Shown: one piece after another, positions 17,737 to 27,035 of the stretch
Layout: each line of letters begins with the position of its first letter
Position numbering within the stretch: position 1 is the first letter of the stretch
Virus record (IMG/VR): IMGVR_UViG_3300036046_000003
Coordinates: 8,428-72,427 of that record
DNA: 64,000 bases
Reading direction: 5' to 3' (one strand)
From: a virus
Translations under genes and position numbers: made by a program
The notes under the pieces: generated by a model
The model's database searches: none
Seen by the model: only the letters and a program-made list of their open reading frames with translations
What the model was told of the DNA's origin: nothing

Positions 17737-20700
17737 GTGGCGGAAGAGCTTTTTGAGGGCCGGGCGGAAGTTAATATTGCCCCGTTTGTGGCAAACCTTG
17801 AACAAATGGAGCGTCGGGCGCAGGCCGCAGCCGCCGCGATTAAGGCGCAGTTTGACGGGCTTGCGGCGGATATAAGGAAGTCATTTCAGTCCGTCGCCGC
17901 TGGCGGCGTTCCTATTCAGCTGACAACGAACCAGGTGGCCGCGCAGGTACGAACGGTGCGTCAGGGAGTGCAGGATCAGGTAAAAGCACTCCAACAGTTG
18001 TCCGCCATTGAAAAGGCAACTCGACAGAAAGCCGCGCAGGACGCGCTTACTATTGAGCGGGGCCGTTCCCGCGACCTGCTGGCCCAACTGCGCTACGCTC
18101 AGGGAGAAGAAGTTAAGGTAGTGCAGGCCGCCGCCGCTGCCCGAGCAAACGCACTGCGGGCCGCAGTTGCCGAGCAGCGGCGCGTAGAAGCGGAGGCCCG
18201 CACACAGGCAGCCGCGCAGCTTCGGGCCGCCTCCGGTTTTGAAGGGGCGGGGGAGGGGGCGAATGCTGCCGGGGCAAGGGCACAGGCGCTTGCGTCTATC
18301 CAGGTCGCCGAAGAAAGTGTGCAGAAGCGTTCGTCGCTAGAACGCGAGCTAACGGAGGTAGCCCGTGCTGAGAATGCGGCGAGAACAAAGCTTGCGGAAG
18401 ACGGCGCTCGGCGTATGGCGGAGGCCCAGCAAGGCGCTATCCGCAGTTTTAATTTGTCCGGGCGGGCGGGGCTGGATCAGTTTGCAACTGCTTTCGAGGA
18501 GACCATTCGACAAGTAGAAGATCGTTGGAACAGCGTCTTTCGAGCGGGTACGCAAATTCAGTCGGTCGGTCAGGGATTTGTGCAGTTTGCGAGCAACGTA
18601 AAAAACGCGGGAATGGCGTTGACCGACAACGCGGGTGACTTTGACTTCTGGATTGCCCGTACAAAAGCGGCGATGCAATCCGCAGGCAGTAACGAGGCCG
18701 TTACGCAAATTGAAGAATTGCAAAGCCGAACGCTAGACCTGGGTCGGGAACTAGGCTCCCTTGATCCAGAAGAACTAGCTACGGGTTGGTTTACGTACCA
18801 GGCGGCGCTTGGCGAAACGATCAACACTACGGAGGACTTGGAAGAAACGCAAAACGCGCTCCGTGTAATGCTACAGGCCGGAATTATTTCCGACAGTACC
18901 CCGGAGACCGTTATGCGCGGCGTCGCGGGTGTGTTGGCGTCGTACCGGCTCGAAACGGAGGACAGCGCGTATGCGACCTCCGTACTGATGAACGTTACGC
19001 AGCGGACGCAAGCTGAGTTTATCGACTTGTTGGAAGCGTATAAAATGATCGGCTCGCAGGGGCCGGTTATGAACGGGTCTATTGCTGAAACGTCTGCATT
19101 GTTGGCAGCAATGGCAACGCAGAACATTAAGGGGTCGCAGGCTGGACGGTCGCTAAATATGGTGTATTCCCGCCTCAATGATATGACGCGGGAAGGTGCC
19201 GAAGTTCTAGACGAAATTCTTGTTTCTTCGCAGGGGCTTCAAGGCTCCTGGGAAGACATTGCGTTTGCGGGCGGGCCGTTTATTGGACTTTTGGGTGAAA
19301 TTGACGAACAGGGAAACGTCGTCAAAGAAGGGTTCATCGAAAAATTCGTAGAACCCTTTATGCAGCTTCCCAAAGAGATCCGAGACGTAGAGCTTGCGCA
19401 GGCAATTGGTAAAATTTTCCCCGAGAACGCGGCACGCGGTTTTATTCCGCTGGTTCAATCCTACGCGGACGGGCTGGACGCGGTACGATCCGGCGCTGAC
19501 GGGGCGCAAAACGAACTGCTCACACTGTACGCGGAGTTTCAGGACGGCAACGAACAAGCCCGTTTGTTTGACGCGCAGTGGAAAACAATCTTTGAAAGCC
19601 TGCGCCAACAGATAGACCGGGCGACGTATGGGTTTCGACAGGGCTTTACGCGCATCGGTGTGCTGACTGCCGAAGTTTTTATCCCGGTAATCGGCTGGGT
19701 AGGCGGTTTGGTAGAGCGGCTGGCCCTGTTTGCGGAGAACAACCCAACCGTCGCAAAGTCGGTGTTGGCCGTTGTCGGTACTTTGGCGGCGCTTGCGGCG
19801 GTGATTGGGCCGCTGCTTATCGCCGTAGGCTTGATGCTTACGGGTATTTCGGGTTTCTCAGTTGCCGCTGCTTCGCTGGCCGGGTTAAAAGGGGCATTTG
19901 TAGGACTGCTCACTACGCTGGGCGTTACGGCACCGCCGCTGGGGATTTTGCTGGGGTTGCTCGCCGCAGTCGCGTTGGGCGCGTATCTCCTCACGAACAA
20001 CGTGAGTGGTCTGCGCGACGCGCTGGGCGGCTTGGGCGGGTCGCTGGGTACGCTGCTGGGCGGCCTGGGCGAGTTTGGTATCGGTCTGGTGGAGGCGCTG
20101 GAAGGCGCGTTAACCGGGTCTGAGGAGAAGTTCCAAGAGGGTATGCGCCGCGCAGCAGAAGGCGGTATTGCTGTTCTTGTGCTTTTCCCCCAGCGCGTAG
20201 GGGAGGTATTTGCACAGTTTCAGCAGGACTTCTACGTTTGGGGATTTAACTTAATGATCAGCCTGCGGGACGGCATTTACGCCGCCGGGGAATATTTGTT
20301 GCAGGCGGCGTCCGATATTGCCGCCGGTATTGCGCAGTATTTCGAGAGTTTTTCACCCCCGAAAGTTGGCCCCCTGCGCGGGATCTATGTTTGGGGGCGC
20401 AATCTTATTCGTACCTTTATCGAGGGTATGAGCGCCGCTGATATTACGGCAGTGTCGGATATTGCGGGTCGTATCGGGGACGCGCTTCAACTGACCAAAG
20501 ATTTTGGCGGCGGCGAAGAAGGATTGGACGTACTAGGCCTTTCCAACGAAGCCAATGAACTGGCGGCGCAAATGGTAGGTATCCTACAGCGTGGCGGGCG
20601 CGTAAGCGATACGTTCTTTGAAGGACTTCGCAGCGGCCTAGGCGCGTGGTACGAGGATATACAGAATATCCTGTTTGCGTACCAAGATATGTACCTGGCG

Positions 20701-23214
20701 GAGCGGGCGCTTACCGCCGAGCAGAAGAAGCTTGACCTGCTAAAGAAGCAGAGGGAGGAGCTTGAAAAGCAATACGGGCTGCGAGAAGCCGCCTTTAGCG
20801 CCGAGCTGGGTAATTCTAACGACTTTAGCCTAGAAGCTAATCGTGACGCAATGGTAGACCCCACCACCGAAGCGGGGAAAGCCAAAATCGCGCAAATGCG
20901 TGCGTCATTGTCTACGGAAGACTTTCAGGCGTGGATTGCGTTTCAACAGCAACTTTGGAACGCGCAGAAGGAAGCAGACGACCGCAGTTTGGCCGTTCAG
21001 GAAGAAGCGGCAGACGCAGCGGTTGCGGCGCTACAGCAGCAACTCGACTTGGTGAGGGCACAGTACGAGTATTACGTCAAGATTTACGAGTACGCAAAGG
21101 GGCTGCTGTCGGCCAACAAAGAGGAAGAAAAAGCCGGGGGCGGCGGCGGAGGTGGCGGAGCAAAGAAAGACGTACTTGGCGACCCTGCCGCGCTAGAGGA
21201 AGCTCGCAGGCGGGTTAGAGAAATTGTCGGCGCTGACGGCGCTATCTATGACGAAGCGCAACTAGCTGACAACCTGGGGGGCGACCTTCCCGCGCTGGGT
21301 GGAGCCGACCGTCAGGAAGAGACAGAACAGGACAGAATTGACCGACTTGACGCGGAGAACCGTCGCCGCCGCGCCAAGTACGAAACAGACCTCATTAACG
21401 CCACGTCGGAAGAGGAGCGCGACGCGCTAAAGAAGCAACAGGACGCCTGGGACGCTGCCTACAAAGAGGAGAAGGCGCGATTGCAAGAGCGCCTTGGGCT
21501 AACCTCGGATATTACGGAAGCGGCTGACCAACAGGCTGAGCTATCCAGTAGCGAACGTATTCAGGCGGCCCGTGCCGAAGCGGAGAAGGTAATCCGCGAA
21601 GAAATGGGAGGCCAGCTCGAAACGGCGGGCGACCTAAAGAGCGAGGAGCGCGAGCTTCAAGACCTTCGCAATATCGGCGACCGGAAGCGGTTAGAGTTTG
21701 AGAAGCGCCTGCGCGAGGCAAAGGGCGACGAAGAAGCTACGCGACGTATTAAGGAGGAGCAGCAAGCCTGGGAAGAGGCGTATAAAGCGGCGCTACAACT
21801 GCAAGAGGAGCGCGTAGAAGCCCTGCGCCGAGTAGAGCAGGAGAAGAAAGAGGCGGCAGCAGAAGCGGCAAAAGCTTCCAAGGGCGGCGGCTACGGTATC
21901 CCCGACCGCGACGACTTCCCCGGATATGTGCCTCCAACGCAGCGCGATCCAGATACAGACGATACAGACGGTCTGTATGGCCCGCCCACAGCCGAACAAG
22001 CGGGGTATCGTCCGCCAAACGAAGCCACTAAACTACTGGACGACTTTAACCGCGCACTTGACTTCTTAGGAAGCACAAGCGTAACCAGCAAAGAGAAAGT
22101 AGAAGAATTAGATCGGGCGGTAGCTGAGTTCTTTGGCTGGGCGGATACGAAGGGCGATTTTGATTGGAAAAAGGTACTTGGGCTTATTGAACTAGAAAAC
22201 GCAGCAATCGGGCTAGGCGGCAAACTACGCGGGCTGTGGCAATCTATTTCAGAAGGTATTGGGGGCGCGCTACTTGCGCTCGACAACTTCAATGTTGAGA
22301 CCTGGGCAATGGCGCGAACCTGGGCGCAGGGCGTGTGGGAGAGGCTACAGTCCGGCTGGACGGAGTTTGTTAACAACCCCGCTCCGACGCTATGGGCGGC
22401 TTTCTGGACGGCGCTTGGGCTTGGCTGGGTCGCCAGTGTGGTCGGCCCCGCGCCCGAACTGTGGGGAACCTTCTGGACGGCGGTACAGGAGGGCTGGACG
22501 CGGCTGGTAGCAACCCCCGCCCCCGAACTATGGGCAACGTTCTGGACGGCGCTTGGCCTCGGCTGGGTCGCCAATGTGGTTACGCCGACACCCGACCTTT
22601 GGACGACCTTCTGGACGGCGCTTGGGCTTGGCTGGGTAACAAACGTCATTACACCGACACCCGAACTTTGGTCGAACTTTTGGCCCAACCTGAAAAAAGG
22701 ATGGGACGAATTCGTAGCCAAACCAGGCGAGACGCTAGCAAAAGCGTTTGCCCCGCTAGTATCCGCGTTTGACGGGCTGCGCACTAAAATCGACGGCTTT
22801 GTCGGCTGGCTCAAAAGCCTCAGCTTTGGCGGCAATAAAAAGGAGGACGGCGGTCGCGTCGGTGGCTCCTACAAAACGGGGCTTGCGTCCGTCCCCTACG
22901 ACGGCTTCATCGCAGAACTGCATCAAGCGGAGCGCGTCCTAACCGCCGAGGAGGCGGTTAGGTATAACCAACTCGAAAGCGCCGGACTACTCGGCGCGCT
23001 CCCTCAGATCGGGGCTGCCGTATCTGCCGCCGTACAGGGTGCCCAATCCCTAATGGGAGAAGTCCTAGCGCGGGCCGCCAACGCGGGTTCCTCTATGTAC
23101 TCCAACACTACCAATAGTTCCCGCGTAACCAACCTGTCTATCGCCAGAGTAGACGCGAACGATCCTACCGCCGGGCGCGCCTTGCTGGAAAAGCTGGCGT
23201 TCCACGGGCAATAG
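17737..23214 (+). CDS. Tape measure protein
   Basis: 1825 aa, Ala-rich helical, GS.AG.SL motif, TM segments, Trp-rich repeats, C-terminal TGL..VPYDG..A.LH..ERVLT. Confidence 0.92.
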   Translation: MAEELFEGRAEVNIAPFVANLEQMERRAQAAAAAIKAQFDGLAADIRKSFQSVAAGGVPIQLTTNQVAAQVRTVRQGVQDQVKALQQLSAIEKATRQKAAQDALTIERGRSRDLLAQLRYAQGEEVKVVQAAAAARANALRAAVAEQRRVEAEARTQAAAQLRAASGFEGAGEGANAAGARAQALASIQVAEESVQKRSSLERELTEVARAENAARTKLAEDGARRMAEAQQGAIRSFNLSGRAGLDQFATAFEETIRQVEDRWNSVFRAGTQIQSVGQGFVQFASNVKNAGMALTDNAGDFDFWIARTKAAMQSAGSNEAVTQIEELQSRTLDLGRELGSLDPEELATGWFTYQAALGETINTTEDLEETQNALRVMLQAGIISDSTPETVMRGVAGVLASYRLETEDSAYATSVLMNVTQRTQAEFIDLLEAYKMIGSQGPVMNGSIAETSALLAAMATQNIKGSQAGRSLNMVYSRLNDMTREGAEVLDEILVSSQGLQGSWEDIAFAGGPFIGLLGEIDEQGNVVKEGFIEKFVEPFMQLPKEIRDVELAQAIGKIFPENAARGFIPLVQSYADGLDAVRSGADGAQNELLTLYAEFQDGNEQARLFDAQWKTIFESLRQQIDRATYGFRQGFTRIGVLTAEVFIPVIGWVGGLVERLALFAENNPTVAKSVLAVVGTLAALAAVIGPLLIAVGLMLTGISGFSVAAASLAGLKGAFVGLLTTLGVTAPPLGILLGLLAAVALGAYLLTNNVSGLRDALGGLGGSLGTLLGGLGEFGIGLVEALEGALTGSEEKFQEGMRRAAEGGIAVLVLFPQRVGEVFAQFQQDFYVWGFNLMISLRDGIYAAGEYLLQAASDIAAGIAQYFESFSPPKVGPLRGIYVWGRNLIRTFIEGMSAADITAVSDIAGRIGDALQLTKDFGGGEEGLDVLGLSNEANELAAQMVGILQRGGRVSDTFFEGLRSGLGAWYEDIQNILFAYQDMYLAERALTAEQKKLDLLKKQREELEKQYGLREAAFSAELGNSNDFSLEANRDAMVDPTTEAGKAKIAQMRASLSTEDFQAWIAFQQQLWNAQKEADDRSLAVQEEAADAAVAALQQQLDLVRAQYEYYVKIYEYAKGLLSANKEEEKAGGGGGGGGAKKDVLGDPAALEEARRRVREIVGADGAIYDEAQLADNLGGDLPALGGADRQEETEQDRIDRLDAENRRRRAKYETDLINATSEEERDALKKQQDAWDAAYKEEKARLQERLGLTSDITEAADQQAELSSSERIQAARAEAEKVIREEMGGQLETAGDLKSEERELQDLRNIGDRKRLEFEKRLREAKGDEEATRRIKEEQQAWEEAYKAALQLQEERVEALRRVEQEKKEAAAEAAKASKGGGYGIPDRDDFPGYVPPTQRDPDTDDTDGLYGPPTAEQAGYRPPNEATKLLDDFNRALDFLGSTSVTSKEKVEELDRAVAEFFGWADTKGDFDWKKVLGLIELENAAIGLGGKLRGLWQSISEGIGGALLALDNFNVETWAMARTWAQGVWERLQSGWTEFVNNPAPTLWAAFWTALGLGWVASVVGPAPELWGTFWTAVQEGWTRLVATPAPELWATFWTALGLGWVANVVTPTPDLWTTFWTALGLGWVTNVITPTPELWSNFWPNLKKGWDEFVAKPGETLAKAFAPLVSAFDGLRTKIDGFVGWLKSLSFGGNKKEDGGRVGGSYKTGLASVPYDGFIAELHQAERVLTAEEAVRYNQLESAGLLGALPQIGAAVSAAVQGAQSLMGEVLARAANAGSSMYSNTTNSSRVTNLSIARVDANDPTAGRALLEKLAFHGQ

Positions 23215-23246
23215 AAACAGGGCCGTTTTCTTTTGAGAACGGCCCT

Positions 23247-23909
23247 TCTCCTAGAATGACCTACAAGGGGGCTGGGAAGCTCCAGGAGCGACGATAGAAC
23301 CAAAAGGGTACTCTGAGTAGGGTACGTCTACTTCGCAACTGCGGAAAGACGCGCCGCTTCTTCCAGAGTTCTGCATTAACTGCACAAGGCTGTGAAAAGT
23401 TTCACAATCCAAATAGTTGAACAGAGAGGATCTTTAGGAGAGAGTTCTCGGAAGAGCGGGAGCTGGAATAGCCTACACAAGCCCGATAGGGCGAGTGGGG
23501 ATCTTGTCCTCTTGTTCTTCGGGCTTGTGTTGGGTAAACGAGGAGGGTTGTGAAAAGTATCACAACCCTATATATTTTCCGAGTTTCCCGCTTTGGGCCG
23601 CACAGGCCGACACTAGGCAGGGTAGGGGCAACACGTACAACTACGCGGGGCGCTAGCCGCGCCCCTGCACCCCCAGGCCCGTCTCGCTCCGCTCGACGGA
23701 AACGCTAACGCGTTTTCTAGAGGAGACATACTCCTACAACCCCACCTCCCTAAAGGCCCTCTTAGTATACCAGTTAAAAACAAGTTAGTGGGACAAAAAG
23801 AGGGGTGAAAGAGGGCAGTTTGGGGTACTTGTTTCGGTTTTACCGCGTTCCAAAGCCAAACACACATTACAAAACTGTAATCGATTTTCTCATAAATCTC
23901 TTGACAAGG
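23247..23909 (+). repeat. Long non-coding repeat element, copy 2
   Basis: Direct repeat of copy 1 core and of 63722-64000. Confidence 0.95.
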
Positions 23910-23919
23910 CGAGGAGCCA

Positions 23920-25932
23920 ATGGCATTTTTAACGAGTTTTCGCTTTAAGGGGGTGGAGTTCAACGACGGAACTAACTTCCTTTTAGATACTCGCGGGTCG
24001 AACTTTGACGATCAGAACCCGGTGGAGGCGACGTATGCGCCACGCAAAGGGAATACCCCACAAGTAGTGGGGGCGACGCAGCGGGAAACCACCGTACAGC
24101 TAAGTATCAATTTGGTGGCGCGAACCGCAGCCGATCTGGACGCGAGAATTGCGACGCTTCGGCGCGTCTTTGACCCAACCGACACACGCGAGTTTCTGTT
24201 AGAGCGGAAGCGCCCTACTGAGGCCGCTTATCGGACGCTGCGCGTAGCGGTACGCGGGCTGAACATTGACCGTACCGGGCGGAAGGCTACAGCGACGCTA
24301 CAGACGGCGGATATGCGCTGGGAAGAGCCGACAACCGCCAGCGCGTTGCGTACCGCGTTCAGTTCCGGCTTCGTTGAAGAGTGGTTCCTTACGTATAACG
24401 GCAATCAGCCGGTAGAGCCGGTGCTTGAAGTCACGCCGCTTACGGTGGGTAGTGACGGGCCGTTACCTCTGTACTATCGGGAAATAAATGTGTGGGCCTG
24501 GGAACCGGCGCGGGTGCTCGGCTATCCTATACGGCTTGCAACCGATTGGGACGTAAACGCAGAAATTGCCGCCGGAAAAATACGAACTGATTTAGCTGAT
24601 ATGTCGATTACGGTGGGTGGTCAGCCGCAGCCGCATCGGATTAGTCGGCGGGGAACTACTAGCCGTATCGATATTTGGATACGTCCGGTCAATTGGCCGG
24701 ATTATGGCAAACCAATGGTGGGGCGGCGCGTAGACGGAGCGCCCATTTCTACAATAGGCGCAGGCGACCCTACCCCGTTTACGTTATTGGTGCGTCTGAA
24801 CCAGGGTAATTATTTCCCGCTACCTTCGACTAGTACAATTAAAATTGGGGACGAGTTCTTTGTTTACGACAGTCCAGTGCGTATTGATGAGTTTTATTAT
24901 AGCGTGCGCATTACACAGCGCGGCGTCTATGGCTCGCCGGTACAAACTCACGATTTTGGCGCGCCTGTTCTATTGCCGACTGTTGTGCGGGTCAACTACG
25001 GCTACGCACCCGGATTTGCGCGCACCTTCCCGTGGTTAATGGGTGACAACTGGCCGGATATTAATTACGAAACCTCGTCTAACGCGGAATGGCACTTTGA
25101 CCGGGGCACTACCCGGCAGCAGCTTAACGCCTGGGGTGAAGTTCGCAACGGACTGAATTGGCGAATTGAACGCACACCCGGAACGCCCACTACACGATTA
25201 CGGGCGCAGGCAATTTCTACGGCTGACCCGCTCCACGGAATTAGAGCGGGCTTTGAGACGTGGTATCCCTCCGCTGCGGGTAGCGATACGTTGCGCCGCC
25301 TCGTGCTCGACCACGCAGGTGGAAACTCCCTGCGCGTAATTAACCAGATACGGCTTTGGTATCAAGCCCCGGCGGGCACCACTACGCAGTTGCGCCGGAT
25401 TAGAAGTGGCTATGGAACCGCGTTTGAGACCGGCAATCAGCTTTGGAGCGGTTTTTCTATTAACGGCAACTCAACTCTAGACACGGGCTGGGTGGTTACT
25501 GACGCTTGGGGCACCGTCCCAACGCACTTCGTTTTTGAGAACCTGGCCCCTGTTACCGGACAGGCGGTTAGGGCACTGCTTGTGACGAGCTTTTCCCTGC
25601 GATGGGACGCGGGATTTGCGCCGACACCCAGCGGGATTGGCGGCGAGCAGGGAATAGGCACCGGGGAGTTTCCTGTTTCCTTTTCCCTCGAAAACGTAGC
25701 GGACGGCCTACGCAGCGGCCCGTTTCACATTACCGCTCGAATGAGCGTCAATCAGACGGGGCGCATTGATTGCGCCACGCGAGCCGTTACCGGGGATCTC
25801 CAGACGAAAGAAGTGTCGTATCAACTGTCCTCCTGGCTGCGGCTTGTTCCGGGCGAGAATAGAATTGTGTGTCGCACAAGCGCGGGTAGCGGGCAGGTGA
25901 GGCTGCTGCTTACCTGGCAGGCACGCCACTAG
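23920..25932 (+). CDS. Distal tail protein (Dit-like) with inserted domains
   Basis: Follows tape measure; YNGN.PVEPV and C-terminal WLRLVPGENRI. Confidence 0.7.
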   Translation: MAFLTSFRFKGVEFNDGTNFLLDTRGSNFDDQNPVEATYAPRKGNTPQVVGATQRETTVQLSINLVARTAADLDARIATLRRVFDPTDTREFLLERKRPTEAAYRTLRVAVRGLNIDRTGRKATATLQTADMRWEEPTTASALRTAFSSGFVEEWFLTYNGNQPVEPVLEVTPLTVGSDGPLPLYYREINVWAWEPARVLGYPIRLATDWDVNAEIAAGKIRTDLADMSITVGGQPQPHRISRRGTTSRIDIWIRPVNWPDYGKPMVGRRVDGAPISTIGAGDPTPFTLLVRLNQGNYFPLPSTSTIKIGDEFFVYDSPVRIDEFYYSVRITQRGVYGSPVQTHDFGAPVLLPTVVRVNYGYAPGFARTFPWLMGDNWPDINYETSSNAEWHFDRGTTRQQLNAWGEVRNGLNWRIERTPGTPTTRLRAQAISTADPLHGIRAGFETWYPSAAGSDTLRRLVLDHAGGNSLRVINQIRLWYQAPAGTTTQLRRIRSGYGTAFETGNQLWSGFSINGNSTLDTGWVVTDAWGTVPTHFVFENLAPVTGQAVRALLVTSFSLRWDAGFAPTPSGIGGEQGIGTGEFPVSFSLENVADGLRSGPFHITARMSVNQTGRIDCATRAVTGDLQTKEVSYQLSSWLRLVPGENRIVCRTSAGSGQVRLLLTWQARH

Positions 25933-25940
25933 GAGGTCGA

Positions 25941-26972
25941 ATGCCACAAACGGTGCTTGCGTACACGCTCCCTGACGGCAGCGACCTTCGCGTTAGCCCT
26001 TTTGCCACGAACGTCAGCCGCGCCTGGGTTCTTAATGACGTAGGAACCGCAACCTTCGACCTTCCCGCAGAAACGCCTGATTTAGCCCGCGTCTGTCAGT
26101 TCGGCGCACTACACTGGCTCTACGAAGACGGTGTTCCTCCGTTTGTTGGCGAAGTAGAACAGGTTTCCTTTAGCGATACCGGAACCGTGAGCGTCGGCCT
26201 CCGTAGCGCCGAATACCTCTTGCGCGGCCAGATTACGCGACAGTCCGTTCTGTTCGGGGAAAGTAGCCCGGTCTCTGCGGGGGCCGTAGCTGCGGGGGTC
26301 TTTGAGAGCGCGGTTACGCGCAACGGGCGCTCCCCGTTGCGCCCTGGTGTATTTGACGCAGAAAACGCTACGTTTCTCAAAGCGACGTATGCGGATTGCT
26401 TCGACGTTTTCTCCAAACTGACGGAGGATCACAAAGCCGCTTTTTGGGTAGACGACCATCTGCGCGTCCACTTTCGGGGGCGGCGCGGGTCAGATAAGCG
26501 GGACAGCGTATTGCTCTTCCAGGGGCGCAATCTGCTGTCGGCGACTGTTACCGGGTCGGTAGCCGACACGATCAACGCGGCGGTGGTGGTGGCTGACAGC
26601 AACAATCCGGCTGACGGACGCACAGCCGCCCTGCGCTACGATACAACAGGTCAATTTAGAGCGGCGGTACTGACCCTAAGCGGTGCAAAAGACCAGGCAC
26701 AAGCACGACAGTTTGGTGTTGATACCCTGCGGGAACGTCGTTGGCCGACAATGACCCTGGAAGGCTACGTTCCCCGAACGGCGGCTGAGTGGGGTAGTTT
26801 CTTTCTCGGAGATATTGTGCGCGTAGTGACGCCGCTTGTGCCCTGGAAAAACGAGCACATCTGCCGCGTTATCGCAGCTGAGCTAGGCCCGCAAGAGGAT
26901 CAAATGCGGTTTGTCTTTTCGATTATTAATGAGACAGCCGCAGAGACCCCAGCAACCTGGGTGCTTACGTAA
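25941..26972 (+). CDS. Baseplate hub/Tal-like minor tail protein
   Basis: Follows Dit; LN.VG.A.FDLP, FFLGDIVRV. Confidence 0.65.
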   Translation: MPQTVLAYTLPDGSDLRVSPFATNVSRAWVLNDVGTATFDLPAETPDLARVCQFGALHWLYEDGVPPFVGEVEQVSFSDTGTVSVGLRSAEYLLRGQITRQSVLFGESSPVSAGAVAAGVFESAVTRNGRSPLRPGVFDAENATFLKATYADCFDVFSKLTEDHKAAFWVDDHLRVHFRGRRGSDKRDSVLLFQGRNLLSATVTGSVADTINAAVVVADSNNPADGRTAALRYDTTGQFRAAVLTLSGAKDQAQARQFGVDTLRERRWPTMTLEGYVPRTAAEWGSFFLGDIVRVVTPLVPWKNEHICRVIAAELGPQEDQMRFVFSIINETAAETPATWVLT

Positions 26973-27035
26973 TAGCAGTGCGTTTAGTGCAGAAGGCCCA
27001 CTCCGTTCGGGGTGGGCTTTTTCTTTGGAATACTT

